Part shown: piece by piece, positions 21,911 to 31,723 of the stretch
Layout: each line of letters starts with the position of its first letter
How positions within the stretch are numbered: position 1 is the stretch's first letter
NCBI GenBank assembly: GCA_947632355.1
Contig: CANROY010000003.1
Location: 5,646 to 37,645 of the forward strand
DNA: 32,000 bases
DNA from: an uncultured Bacilli bacterium
GTDB taxonomy: Bacteria; Bacillota_I; Bacilli_A; RF39; UBA660
Direction: 5' to 3'
Position numbers and translations under genes: made by a program
Notes under the pieces: generated by a model
Told to the model about the DNA's origin: nothing
Databases searched by the model: none
Seen by the model: only the letters and a program-made list of their open reading frames with translations

Positions 21911-22200
21911 TTAAGTATTTAGAAAAGGAAAATTTAAGTGATTGTTTGGAAAACGGAATTACCATTGTTGATTTTTATGCCGATTGGTGTGGCCCTTGTA
22001 AAATGATGGGTACTGTTTTAGAGAGTATGGAAGGTATTTCAATTATTAAAGTCAATACCGATACTCACGAAGAATTAGCAAGAGAATATGGGGTAATGAG
22101 TATTCCAACTCTTGTATTTTTCAAAGACAAACAAGAAGTAAAAAAGGAGATTGGCTTTAAAACGAAGGAAGAATTAGAAAGAATTTTAAAGGAATTATAA
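21907..22200 (+). CDS. trxA: Thioredoxin
   Basis: The WCGPCK active site and the SIPTLVFFKD motif are both present in this 97-aa protein. Confidence 0.92.
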   Translation: MIKYLEKENLSDCLENGITIVDFYADWCGPCKMMGTVLESMEGISIIKVNTDTHEELAREYGVMSIPTLVFFKDKQEVKKEIGFKTKEELERILKEL

Positions 22201-22229
22201 AAAGATGACTACAATTCGTCATCTTTTTT
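22199..22229. terminator. Bidirectional terminator between trxA and the yigZ-like gene
   Basis: AAAAAGATGAC (22199-22209), an 8-nt loop, then GTCATCTTTTT (22218-22228). A and T runs flank both sides. Confidence 0.6.
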
Positions 22230-22583
22230 AGTTATTACTTCTTTTGCAGCATTCAAATAAGCACGAGTTAATCCACCAGTTCCTAACTTAATACCACCAA
22301 AATAACGTACAACGGCAATGAAAACGTGGTTTAAATCGAGTTGTTCTATTAATTTATAAATAGGAGTTCCTGCTGTATTAGAAGGTTCCTTATCATCACT
22401 TTTACGAATAAGATTGTCTATTTTATATGCATAAGGAATATGTCTTGCTTTTTTATGTTCCTTTTTTAAAGAAATTAAAAGTTCATCGACTTCTTCTTTG
22501 GTTTGGACTTCATAATAGTAAGCAATAAACTTTGATTTTTTGATTTCATAGTTAAATGTATTTAATAATTTCATATCCAACAC
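22209..22583 (-). CDS. YigZ/IMPACT-family (UPF0029) N-terminal-domain protein
   Basis: IKKSKFIAYYYEV, KARHIPYAYKI, DDKEPSNTAGTPI and VVRYFGGIKLGTGGLTRAY are conserved IMPACT-family motifs. Confidence 0.8.
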   Translation of the reverse strand: MLDMKLLNTFNYEIKKSKFIAYYYEVQTKEEVDELLISLKKEHKKARHIPYAYKIDNLIRKSDDKEPSNTAGTPIYKLIEQLDLNHVFIAVVRYFGGIKLGTGGLTRAYLNAAKEVITKKDDEL

Positions 22584-22593
22584 CTTTCTTTTG

Positions 22594-23541
22594 TTATTTT
22601 CTCATTTTTAGTTTTTTTACTACATCTACAATTGGAGCAGGCGTTAAAAGTTTTGCATATAAATATGCTTTTACGAGTAAAAATTTTTCTTTATCCAATC
22701 CTATATTTATATTCTGATTGTATATTTTTTGATAATAATAAGTATAAAGAGAATAGAGTGGATGAAAGGTATCGATTGTTTGATACTGAAATACCGGTGT
22801 TGTATGGATAATTATAGGATGTTTTTTTGCTACTTTTACTTCAGGTGTTGTAAAACGTTTGATATGATTTTGTTCATAATACATTTGTAAAAAATAAGGA
22901 TTTAGAAGATAATCAAGTGAAAATAAATTAAATTCTAATGGTAAAGGGGATATCTTATTTTGTAAAGCGATATTGATGGCATCTTGATCAGGAAACGTTA
23001 ATGGAACTTCCTTTAGAAATAGCTCTTGTAATAAGGCATCATATTTTTCTTCTTTCCACTTTTCTATATCGATCCAAATCACACCACTATTATAGTAGTT
23101 TTTTAAATTTCCAGTTAAATTTTTCCAATGTTTTTTTGGCATAGAGTCTTTTACCATGTGAATAGGCATTTGGTAATTTTTTAGAGTATTTAAAGAGTTA
23201 ACGATAATTGTATCACTATCTAAATACAATATTTTTTCTACGTTTGTTATATATTCGGTAAAAAATAATCGAGCGTTTGCTATTTCTGTATTTTTCCATT
23301 TCGGAATTTTATATTCTTCTATTTTGGGTTTTATTTTTTTAAAATCATAATAAAATACATCAGCATGAAAATGTTTGACTATGGTTTCGATTCTTTTAAA
23401 ATCTTTTTTTAAAAATTCATCATAAATAATATGAATTCTAATAAAAATATTTGGATTATTCTCTAGTAAGGAATAGATAGATACGAGTAAATAATTGATA
23501 TAAGCATGATTTGTTGCATAAAGAACATTTAATTCTGTCAT
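22594..23541 (-). CDS. Family 8 glycosyltransferase
   Basis: The N-terminus is LNVLYATNHAYINYLLVSIYSLLENN. The DxD motif lies in ILYLDSDTIIVNSL, and YNSGVIWIDIEKW and FPDQDAINIAL also match the GT8 pattern. Confidence 0.8.
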   Translation of the reverse strand: MTELNVLYATNHAYINYLLVSIYSLLENNPNIFIRIHIIYDEFLKKDFKRIETIVKHFHADVFYYDFKKIKPKIEEYKIPKWKNTEIANARLFFTEYITNVEKILYLDSDTIIVNSLNTLKNYQMPIHMVKDSMPKKHWKNLTGNLKNYYNSGVIWIDIEKWKEEKYDALLQELFLKEVPLTFPDQDAINIALQNKISPLPLEFNLFSLDYLLNPYFLQMYYEQNHIKRFTTPEVKVAKKHPIIIHTTPVFQYQTIDTFHPLYSLYTYYYQKIYNQNINIGLDKEKFLLVKAYLYAKLLTPAPIVDVVKKLKMRK

Positions 23542-23612
23542 TTCTTTCCTCTTTTCTTAGAAGTTTCTATTTACTATTATAATGTCTTTTCATGGATTTA
23601 GAAAGAAAAAAA

Positions 23613-23621
23613 TGGTATAAT
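23613..23621 (+). promoter_or_regulatory. Extended -10 promoter (TGgTATAAT) for ORF 23654
   Basis: This is a perfect TGnTATAAT, 32 nt upstream of the ATG. The SD is AGAGGGAAG. Confidence 0.45.
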
Positions 23622-23653
23622 ACACTTATCTTATTTAGAAAGAGGGAAGTTTT

Positions 23654-24568
23654 ATGAAAGAAAAAGTAAAAAAAGTAGGAAAAATTTTATTAAAAATATT
23701 CATTATTCTTACATCTCCAGTATGGTTTGTTTGGAAAGTTTTATTTGTTCGAAAACCGGAAAAGAAGTTTAAAAATATGCCAACTGGTATTAAAGTTTGG
23801 AGAGTGATTCGTTCTTTTGTGACCAAACCTTTAAAATTTGCTGTTTTTATTTTCATTATCGGTTTAGAAGTTGTTGCACTTTATAAAGTTCGTTATTCTC
23901 CTGTTACGTATACGATTACAAGAAGTAGTGTACAAAACTATTATTTAAAAGAAGAAAGTGTAACGGAGCAATTACTTGGAATTCATAGTGTACTAGCAGC
24001 CCCTTTACAAAACCATCGTGATGAATTTAAGGAAGCTTTTTCGTACATTGATACTTGGGATTTAGGTGCCAAAAATAAAGCTTATGTTCTATTAGATGCT
24101 ACGCTTACAAAACGTATGGTTGAGTATATAGATGATGAAACGTTAACGTATTTATTAAACAAATTTAACACGAATGAAACCTTCCGTGAAGATGTACGTT
24201 ATGCGGTAGACAATATCAATAAAATACTTGCTCGTGGTTTAAGAGAAATACCAACTGATTTGGATTTTGGAGATGCGACTCTAAATTCTTTAGTAAGTCC
24301 TATAACTTCTGTTTCAAGTGTTGCAGTTGATTATAGAACAATTTTAGATGCTGCCTTACCTCTATTTGATTATGCTTTAAAAGAAAGTCCTGTTAAAAAA
24401 CATAGTATTCATATAAAAAAAGATGATCTTGATTTTGCAATAGACGTTCTAATTTATTATAGTAAGGGAGCAACTTTAGAAGAACTTGCAAATAAATTAG
24501 GAGTCACTTATGTTGAAGAAAAAACAATTACAACAACAAATGTATCCACCATTACAATAGAATCTTAA
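23654..24568 (+). CDS. Hypothetical membrane protein
   Basis: The 304-aa ORF has two N-terminal TM segments and a good SD. No family was recognised. Confidence 0.6.
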   Translation: MKEKVKKVGKILLKIFIILTSPVWFVWKVLFVRKPEKKFKNMPTGIKVWRVIRSFVTKPLKFAVFIFIIGLEVVALYKVRYSPVTYTITRSSVQNYYLKEESVTEQLLGIHSVLAAPLQNHRDEFKEAFSYIDTWDLGAKNKAYVLLDATLTKRMVEYIDDETLTYLLNKFNTNETFREDVRYAVDNINKILARGLREIPTDLDFGDATLNSLVSPITSVSSVAVDYRTILDAALPLFDYALKESPVKKHSIHIKKDDLDFAIDVLIYYSKGATLEELANKLGVTYVEEKTITTTNVSTITIES

Positions 24569-24602
24569 AAAATAGATAAACTAAGAAAAGGAGGGAAGTT
24601 CT

Positions 24603-26366
24603 ATGTTTAAAGAAAAATTATCTTTAGTACCTCATTTACCTGGAAGTTATCAAATGCGTAATAGCGATAACGTGATTATATATGTAGGGAAAGCCAAAGA
24701 TTTACATAGAAGACTTTCCTCTTATTTTAATCGTACCCAAACAGGAAAAACAAAGAAAATGGTTTCTGAAATTGCTGATTTTACCTATATAGTTGCGGGA
24801 AGTGAGTTAGAAGCCTTCGTTTTAGAATTAAATTTAATTAAAGAATACAATCCAAAATACAATATTTTACTAAAAGATGATAAAAGCTATCCATACATTG
24901 AGTATATTGCGAAACCTTATCCAAGAGTCAAAGTCTCTCGATATTTAAGTGTACGTAAAAAAGACAATAAGAAGTTGTTTGGACCTTATCCAAATGCCTA
25001 TGCTGCTCGAAGAATTGTCAATCTTTTAAATCGTGTTTACCCTTTAAAAAAGTGTGATGGAATCAAAAAAGAATTATGTTTGTATTACCATATCCATGAA
25101 TGTTTAGGATATTGCAGTAAAGAATTGGACCATGAAAAAGTTTCAGAAATGGAAAAAGAAATCTTAAGTTTTTTAAATGGGAATGATAAAGTGCTCGTGA
25201 ATCGTTTAGAAACCAAAATGCAAGAATATAGTGAATCCTTAAATTTTGAAATGGCTTTAGAAATGAAAAAAGAGTTAGAATACATTAAAATTATTATGGC
25301 CAAACAAAAAGTAGAACTACACGATTTAATAAATCGCGATATTATCGGATTTTACTTTGATAAAGGCTATATTAGTGTGCAAATATTTTTCTTACGTAAT
25401 GGAAAAATGGTGGGTGGAAAAACCGATATTTTCCCAGTTGTGAGTGATGTCCATGATGACTTAGATGAATACATTTTAAGATTTTACAGTCGCCATGAAT
25501 TACCAAAAGAAATTCTAGTAGAAGAAAGTATGCATATTTCTCTTTTAGAAACAATGTTACAAACCAAAGTCTTAGTACCAACCCGTGGACCTAAGAAAAA
25601 GTTAGTGGAAATGGCGATTACAAATTCGAAAATCAATTTGGAAAACGAAATGGAACTTATCAAGAAGGATGAATACAAAACAGAAACTGCCAACAAAGAA
25701 TTACAAGACTTACTTGGTCTAGAAACTCTAAATCGTATTGATTTATTTGATAACTCTAATCTTTTTGGTAATTTTTCTGTAAGCGGGATGGTTGTATTTA
25801 AAAATGGAAGACCTGCAAAACAGGAATATCGCAAATTTAAAGTCCAAGTTGATAAAAACGATGATTATCATACCATGAAAGAAGTAATATATAGAAGATA
25901 TTATCGTATGCTCCTAGAAAAAAAAGAAAGACCTGATTTAATTATTGTGGATGGAGGATTAAGTCAAATACACGCTTGTCAAGAAGTATTAGAAGATTTA
26001 CACTTGCCGATATTCGTTTGTGGTCTTAAGAAAAACGAACACCATAGAACGAATGATTTAGTACGAGGAGATACGTATGAAGTCGTAGAAATCGACCGAA
26101 CGAGTAACTTATTTCATTATTTAACCCGTATGCAAGATGAAGTACACAGATATACAATTAATTATCATAGAACGATAAGAAGTAAAGGAAGTATTTCTAG
26201 TGTTTTAGATAACATTGAAGGAATAGGGGAGAAACGTAAAAAAGCTCTCATCAAAAAATATGGCAGTGTTGCAAAAATGAAAGAAGCAACACTAGAAGAA
26301 TTACAAGAAATATTACCCGAAGAAGTTTCTAAAAATTTGTACTTATTTTTAAAAGACTTTCATTAA
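24603..26366 (+). CDS. uvrC: Excinuclease ABC subunit C
   Basis: The GIY-YIG N-terminus reads PGSYQMRNSDNVIIYVGKAKDLHRRLSSYF. A UVR domain, an endonuclease V-like domain and a C-terminal HhH (IEGIGEKRKKALIKKYGS) are present. Confidence 0.96.
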   Translation: MFKEKLSLVPHLPGSYQMRNSDNVIIYVGKAKDLHRRLSSYFNRTQTGKTKKMVSEIADFTYIVAGSELEAFVLELNLIKEYNPKYNILLKDDKSYPYIEYIAKPYPRVKVSRYLSVRKKDNKKLFGPYPNAYAARRIVNLLNRVYPLKKCDGIKKELCLYYHIHECLGYCSKELDHEKVSEMEKEILSFLNGNDKVLVNRLETKMQEYSESLNFEMALEMKKELEYIKIIMAKQKVELHDLINRDIIGFYFDKGYISVQIFFLRNGKMVGGKTDIFPVVSDVHDDLDEYILRFYSRHELPKEILVEESMHISLLETMLQTKVLVPTRGPKKKLVEMAITNSKINLENEMELIKKDEYKTETANKELQDLLGLETLNRIDLFDNSNLFGNFSVSGMVVFKNGRPAKQEYRKFKVQVDKNDDYHTMKEVIYRRYYRMLLEKKERPDLIIVDGGLSQIHACQEVLEDLHLPIFVCGLKKNEHHRTNDLVRGDTYEVVEIDRTSNLFHYLTRMQDEVHRYTINYHRTIRSKGSISSVLDNIEGIGEKRKKALIKKYGSVAKMKEATLEELQEILPEEVSKNLYLFLKDFH

Positions 26367-26399
26367 AAAATAGTGTATAATAAAAAAGTGGTGGAAGTT

Positions 26400-27533
26400 A
26401 TGACAAAACTAGTAAAATTAGATATCGATAGCACATTAACCAAAGAATTAGAACTAAAGGAGTTTAATACACCTGATTTTATTTATGTGCCTTTTCCACC
26501 AAAAAAAGAAGATTTAAAAAAAGAAGTACATATTAAAAAGGAAAGTGCTTTTTATCAAAATGTCTATTCTCCGGTATCAGGGAAATTAACGGGTGTGGAT
26601 TCGTGTCTACTCGCAAATGGTAAAAAAGTGAATTGTATGGTCATTCAAAATGATTTTCAAGAAAAAAGTGAACAAACGAAACCCATTCGTAAAAAACTAA
26701 ATCATCTTACGAAGAATGAATTTCTAGAGAGTATTTATGATAGTCGTTTGAAAAAGCGTTTAAATGTGGATACCGTTTCTACCTTTTTAATCTCCGGTAT
26801 CGATGATGAACCTTATATTGAAAATGAATCTTTTCTACAACAAGAAAATACCAAATGTATTGTAGATACTTTAGATGCTTTACTCACTCTTTATCCTGAA
26901 TCGAAAGCTTATATTGCTCTTAAAAATACGGATAGTAAAACGATTCTTGCTTATCAAAATATACTTGGTATGTATAAAAATATGGAAATTAAGTTAGTCG
27001 ATGATTTGTATTTAATTGGAAAAGAACCATTTTTAAAACGTACGTTAAAAGTGCAAGATGCTTTATTTTTAAAAGCAAGTGAAGTATATGAACTATATAT
27101 TAATTTAAAGAAAAATCGTCCTGTAGTGGAAAAATATATTACGATTAATGGTAGTGGTGTTTCAAAACCTTATATTATCAAAACCAAATTTGGTGTAAAT
27201 GTAGCATCTATTTTTAATAAATACTATATTGAAGATTTAAGTAATTGTTCCTTTTATGTAAACGGAATGATGGGCGGTATACAACTTGATTTAAATCATT
27301 TAATCGTAACCAAAGAATTAGATGGTATTCTTGTTATGAAAAAAGAAAATAGAGTACCAAAAAGTTGTATTAAATGTGGAAAATGCATTAGTATTTGTCC
27401 TATCCATTCCAATCCAATGCTTGCGTATAAATTAGGACGAAAAGTCCCTTGCATTCATTGTGGACTTTGTACGTATATTTGTCCTTCCTATATTCCGTTA
27501 GAAAAATATTTAAGTGGTGAAGAAAATGAATAG
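26400..27533 (+). CDS. RnfC-like protein with two 4Fe-4S motifs and a degenerate nucleotide-binding region
   Basis: The barrel-sandwich N-terminus contains YSPVSGKLTGVD, followed by ISGIDDEPYIENE (compare RnfC INGAECEPY). CIKCGKCISICP and CIHCGLCTYICP are the two cluster motifs. No GGAGFP-type glycine motif was seen. ATG 26400 follows the SD GGTGGAAG. Confidence 0.55.
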   Translation: MTKLVKLDIDSTLTKELELKEFNTPDFIYVPFPPKKEDLKKEVHIKKESAFYQNVYSPVSGKLTGVDSCLLANGKKVNCMVIQNDFQEKSEQTKPIRKKLNHLTKNEFLESIYDSRLKKRLNVDTVSTFLISGIDDEPYIENESFLQQENTKCIVDTLDALLTLYPESKAYIALKNTDSKTILAYQNILGMYKNMEIKLVDDLYLIGKEPFLKRTLKVQDALFLKASEVYELYINLKKNRPVVEKYITINGSGVSKPYIIKTKFGVNVASIFNKYYIEDLSNCSFYVNGMMGGIQLDLNHLIVTKELDGILVMKKENRVPKSCIKCGKCISICPIHSNPMLAYKLGRKVPCIHCGLCTYICPSYIPLEKYLSGEENE

Positions 27534-28428
27534 AATTCATAAAAAAATCCGTTTTCCTTTTGTACATAAGTTGTATTTATGTTTAGGAATTTTAATACTT
27601 TTTGGTTGGTATAAGAATGCGTTTGTACCCTTTCAAAACCATTACTATGATTTTTCGCATTTAATTTTAGTGTTCCTATATCCTTTAAGTGCTTTTTTGG
27701 TAGGTGCCTTGTTTGACTATTTATTCAAAAATAAAATGCCCTTTAATAACAAGCTGTATGGTTTACTTTTTAGTATGATTATACCGATTTCCACAAATAT
27801 TTTCTTATTTTTACTTGTTTTAACATTTCTATTTTTTTTAAATACCTTATGGATTAGTAGAAAAGATTTAGATTTGCATTTGATTGTCATTGGAAAAATT
27901 TTGTTAGTAGGGCTTTTACTTTATTTTAAAAATTACCACTATACAAATTTGTTAGAGGAAAGTCATTTATTTGTTTATTCCTATTTAGATGGACTCTTTG
28001 GTCATATAGAAGGAGGATTATTTACTTCTAGTGCTTTTCTTATAATACTATCTTTTGTCTTCTTTACTTTTGATTACTACTACAAAAAAGAAATTCCTTT
28101 CTATAGTTACGGAATGTATCTTCTTACATTAGTTGTGTTTTCCATCTATAAAAGCGATATGAATTTTTTACTGACCCATTTATTTTCAAGTGATATCTTA
28201 TTTTTACTTGTTTTCTTGGCACCCTTATCCTCTTTTTCTCCTTATTCAAGAAAAAGAACGACGATGTATAGTTTACTATTAGGTCTTTTAATACTTCCTT
28301 TTAGTCTTCTTAGCAATTTCTATGAAGGGGCTTATTTTGCTTTAATTGTCGTGAATTTCCTACTGATTGCTTTAAATACAGTTCAATTGTATAGAATGCG
28401 TCATAAAAAACTAAATTTGGACTTGTAA
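27526..28428 (+). CDS. Polytopic membrane protein, possibly RnfD/NqrB-like
   Basis: The protein has about 8 hydrophobic segments. GHIEGGLFTSSAFLIIL loosely resembles the RnfD G.iGEtS motif. Its start overlaps the RnfC-like gene. Confidence 0.35.
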   Translation: MNRIHKKIRFPFVHKLYLCLGILILFGWYKNAFVPFQNHYYDFSHLILVFLYPLSAFLVGALFDYLFKNKMPFNNKLYGLLFSMIIPISTNIFLFLLVLTFLFFLNTLWISRKDLDLHLIVIGKILLVGLLLYFKNYHYTNLLEESHLFVYSYLDGLFGHIEGGLFTSSAFLIILSFVFFTFDYYYKKEIPFYSYGMYLLTLVVFSIYKSDMNFLLTHLFSSDILFLLVFLAPLSSFSPYSRKRTTMYSLLLGLLILPFSLLSNFYEGAYFALIVVNFLLIALNTVQLYRMRHKKLNLDL

Positions 28429-28481
28429 AAGTCTTTTTTTTATGTTAATGTAATAATTGCTCACTTCCTAAAAGGAGAAAC

Positions 28482-29549
28482 ATGAAAAAAATAATTATAA
28501 GTTTAGTAATAGGAAGTTTTTTACTAAGTATCCATCCTGTTCAAGCAAAAAAATTTATAGAAAATGGTCTTTTTACCGAATATCAATATTATATGTATGA
28601 AAAAACCAATCCATCTAATTTTGCTAGCATGCGAGTTATAAAGATTTTTGATTCTGAAAATAAAGTTTATTATAATATTTCCCCAAAAACAAGTTTTTAT
28701 TTTAGTAGGGATTATGAAGAAGAAGATTTAAATATAACGGAACAGCAATTAAAAAATATATCCAAAATTCTATATTATGGATATGGATACAACAAGCAAA
28801 ATACAGATGAATTCTATGCTGCAACCCAATATTTGGTTTTTAAGACTTTTGAAATGTATACTGTTTATATTAAAAAAGGTATCAATGAACCAATTTTAAT
28901 GTTTGAAGAAGAAATCAAGCAAATTGAAGCAAATATGGAAAATAAAGAATTTACCTTTGAAAATCAAACTACGCACGAAAAAACGTTAGAAATAGAAGAT
29001 GATTACATTCAAAATCATTTTACCGTCCAAGGTGAACATATCAAAGTAGAAGAGTTAGAAAGTAAACTAAAACTTACTTTGGATGGCAAAGTAGAGGATT
29101 ATCAAGTAGAGTTTATACCAAAAAAAACTTGCTCCAACTTAAAAATGTGGGTAAATGATAAAACACATTTGTTCCATTTAGATGAAGTTTGTGAAACAAC
29201 TTACAGTAGAACGATTCACTATGAAGAACCAATTGTTGAAAAAGAACCTACTATAGAATCAAAAGATCCGGAAAAAACGGAAGAAGAAAACAAGAACCCT
29301 AATCAAGAAGAAGAAAAGAAAGAACCTACAACAGAACCAAAAGAGCCGGAAAAAGTAGAAGAGGAAAACAAGACACCTGATAAAGAAGAGGAAAATACTT
29401 CTAAAAAAGAGAATGTTAAAGAAAACCAACCAGTCGAAAAGCAACAAGAAGAAGTTTTCGTCGAAGTACCGAGTACAGGAAAGCAAAGTATGATGTTTTT
29501 CCTTGTATTTGGCTTATTAGGAAATTGTTATTATGTTTTTAAGAAATAG
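28482..29549 (+). CDS. Sortase-anchored surface protein (LPXTG-type sorting signal VPSTG)
   Basis: The signal peptide is MKKIIISLVIGSFLLSIHPVQA. The C-terminus has VPSTG, a hydrophobic stretch and a KK tail. An acidic Pro/Glu/Lys-rich stalk precedes the anchor. Confidence 0.75.
   Translation: MKKIIISLVIGSFLLSIHPVQAKKFIENGLFTEYQYYMYEKTNPSNFASMRVIKIFDSENKVYYNISPKTSFYFSRDYEEEDLNITEQQLKNISKILYYGYGYNKQNTDEFYAATQYLVFKTFEMYTVYIKKGINEPILMFEEEIKQIEANMENKEFTFENQTTHEKTLEIEDDYIQNHFTVQGEHIKVEELESKLKLTLDGKVEDYQVEFIPKKTCSNLKMWVNDKTHLFHLDEVCETTYSRTIHYEEPIVEKEPTIESKDPEKTEEENKNPNQEEEKKEPTTEPKEPEKVEEENKTPDKEEENTSKKENVKENQPVEKQQEEVFVEVPSTGKQSMMFFLVFGLLGNCYYVFKK
29261..29416 (+). repeat. Imperfect 78-bp tandem duplication encoding the E/K/P-rich stalk
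   Basis: AAAAGATCCGGAAAAAACGGAAGAAGAAAACAAGAACCCT (from 29261) resembles AAAAGAGCCGGAAAAAGTAGAAGAGGAAAACAAGACACCT (from 29339). These encode KDPEKTEEENKNP and KEPEKVEEENKTP. Confidence 0.6.
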
Positions 29550-29865
29550 TTTCTATCTCTTTTTGATTCCCTTATGGATTTTTCTTTATCAAAGTCATTC
29601 CTATAAAGCACAGGATACACCAAAAATAGAAATAAAGGAACAAAGTATACATCCTTTGCAATTACAAACATTAAAACGGTTTGATACCTTTTCGATTCAA
29701 AAAGAAGATGGGAAATATTTTTATAAAGTACTAGAAAAGTATTATGTGCACTCTACATCTGATATAAAAGTAGAAGAACCAAAAGTTTATTTTACAACGA
29801 CAATTTCTTCCAATTTACAATTGGTAGTCATTGCTATAAATACAGGAAAATTAGTAAAAAATTAG
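29533..29865 (+). CDS. Small hypothetical protein with an N-terminal hydrophobic segment
   Basis: The 110-aa ORF overlaps the preceding gene by 17 nt. Its function is unknown and there is no clear SD. Confidence 0.4.
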   Translation: MFLRNSFYLFLIPLWIFLYQSHSYKAQDTPKIEIKEQSIHPLQLQTLKRFDTFSIQKEDGKYFYKVLEKYYVHSTSDIKVEEPKVYFTTTISSNLQLVVIAINTGKLVKN

Positions 29866-29872
29866 TAAAAAA

Positions 29873-29903
29873 TGCAATTTTTTTAAAAAAATTGCATTTT
29901 TTT
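29873..29903 (+). terminator. Rho-independent terminator
   Basis: The palindrome TGCAATTTTTTT / AAAAAAATTGCA (29873-29896) is followed by T7. Confidence 0.6.
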
Positions 29904-29964
29904 GCAAGAAAAAAAAGGAAATGAGGGGGTAAGGGGTAATATATATAAATAGGAGGTTCTTTTT

Positions 29965-31704
29965 ATGGCCTTTATTGAACAAGAGGAAATTAATCGAATA
30001 AGAAACAGTGCAAATATCGTTGATATTATCTCATCTTATGTTCCTTTAACGCAAAGAGGAAAGAATTATTTTGGTGTTTGTCCTTTTCATGAAGACCATT
30101 CACCAAGTATGAGTGTTTCTGAAGAAAAACAAATTTATAAATGTTTTTCTTGTGGAGCAACCGGAAATGTCTTTACATTTGTCGAGAACTTCTTAAATCT
30201 TACCTTTGCAGAAGCTGTTTCCTTAATTGCAAGTAAAGTGGGAATTTCCTTATCTATGGAAATCAAAAGCAAGAAGGAAACAAAATTTAAAGAGGAATAT
30301 GAAGTCATGGATTTTGCTTTAAAGTTCTATCAAAATAATTTAAATACGGAAAATGGAACAAAAGCCATCGACTATTTAAAGAAACGGGGATTATTAGAAG
30401 AAACGATAAAAGATTTTTCTATTGGTTTAGCCTTTGACCAAAATATGCTCTCGAATGTTCTTTTAAAAAAAGGGTATTCAGAAAAATTACTTGAAAGTGT
30501 GGGCTTAGTCAGTAGAAAAGATGACCAAGTCTATGACTTATTTCAAAATCGTATTCTATTTCCTATTCATAATTTAGATGGACAAGTTGTTGGTTTTACG
30601 GCTAGGTGCTATTTAACAGAGGTAACACCAAAGTATATCAATACGAAAGAAACCGTTATCTTTAAAAAAGGAAACATTTTGTTTAATTATCATCGAGCAA
30701 AAGATGCGATTCGCCTTTTTAAAGAAGTCATTGTCGTAGAAGGAAATATGGATGCCATTCGTCTTTATTCCATTGGAATTAAAAATGTCGTTGCTTTGAT
30801 GGGAACCTCTTTAACAAAAGAGCAAATCGAGATTTTTAAAAAATTAAGATGTAAAGTCATTTTAATGCTTGATAATGATGATGCGGGAGAAACAGCAACA
30901 TTAAGTGTAGGAAATAGTTTTGAAGAAAACCATATTCCATTTGAAGTTGTTCGTTTAAGTGGAGAAAAGGATCCTGATTCCTATGTAGTCAAAAACGGAA
31001 AAGAGAAGATGGAAAGTGCGATTCAAAATCCTTTATCCTTTGTTGATTTTAAATTAAACTATTTTAAAAAGAATAAAAATTTGAATGATGCAGCGGATTT
31101 AGCAGAGTATATAAAAGCCGTTTTAGATGGCTTGAAAAACACCAATGATGCGATTTTAAAAGAAGTGACTTTACAAAAATTAAGTAAGGACTATAATATA
31201 AGTTATGCCGTTTTAAAAGAACAACTAGGAATTACAGAAAATGAGGAAAAAAAGAAGGAAGTACCTATAAAACAAAAGGTAGTAAAACAAAGTAGTTATG
31301 ATAAAATCTGTTCTAAAATTTTGTACTATATGATGAATGATGCAAAATATATTCGTCTTTATAAAGCAAAATTAGGGATGTTTCCAACGAAAGAACATCG
31401 CCAAATAGCAAATGAGATTGTCTACTACTTAGAAAAGAATAAATCGATTACTCTACCAGATTTTATTAGTTATGCCGAAAATAGTAATTTAAAAGAGAAA
31501 ATAATGGCTATAATAGAAAATGAGAAAGAATTGGATTTAGAAGAAGAAGGAATGCTTGAGTTACTAGATATTATGAAAAAAAGAATTAAAAAGGAAGAAA
31601 TTAATAAACTAAAAGCCGAAATTAAAGAAGAATATGATATCAATAAAAAAATGGCTTTAGTCGAAAAAATGACAGAACTCAAAAAAGAAAATGAAATGGA
31701 ATAA
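29965..31704 (+). CDS. dnaG: DNA primase
   Basis: The CHC2 zinc finger reads CPFHEDHSPSMSVSEEKQIYKCFSCGATGNVFTF. The TOPRIM region contains VVEGNMDAIRL and MLDNDDAGETA. The gene lies upstream of sigA. Confidence 0.96.
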   Translation: MAFIEQEEINRIRNSANIVDIISSYVPLTQRGKNYFGVCPFHEDHSPSMSVSEEKQIYKCFSCGATGNVFTFVENFLNLTFAEAVSLIASKVGISLSMEIKSKKETKFKEEYEVMDFALKFYQNNLNTENGTKAIDYLKKRGLLEETIKDFSIGLAFDQNMLSNVLLKKGYSEKLLESVGLVSRKDDQVYDLFQNRILFPIHNLDGQVVGFTARCYLTEVTPKYINTKETVIFKKGNILFNYHRAKDAIRLFKEVIVVEGNMDAIRLYSIGIKNVVALMGTSLTKEQIEIFKKLRCKVILMLDNDDAGETATLSVGNSFEENHIPFEVVRLSGEKDPDSYVVKNGKEKMESAIQNPLSFVDFKLNYFKKNKNLNDAADLAEYIKAVLDGLKNTNDAILKEVTLQKLSKDYNISYAVLKEQLGITENEEKKKEVPIKQKVVKQSSYDKICSKILYYMMNDAKYIRLYKAKLGMFPTKEHRQIANEIVYYLEKNKSITLPDFISYAENSNLKEKIMAIIENEKELDLEEEGMLELLDIMKKRIKKEEINKLKAEIKEEYDINKKMALVEKMTELKKENEME

Positions 31705-31723
31705 ATAAAAGGATGTGGAAAAA

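Noticed and set aside
29261-29416. Repetitive stretch considered as a possible CRISPR-like or noncoding repeat
   Set aside because: It lies in frame inside the LPXTG protein and encodes an E/K/P-rich stalk duplication. There is no spacer/repeat architecture.
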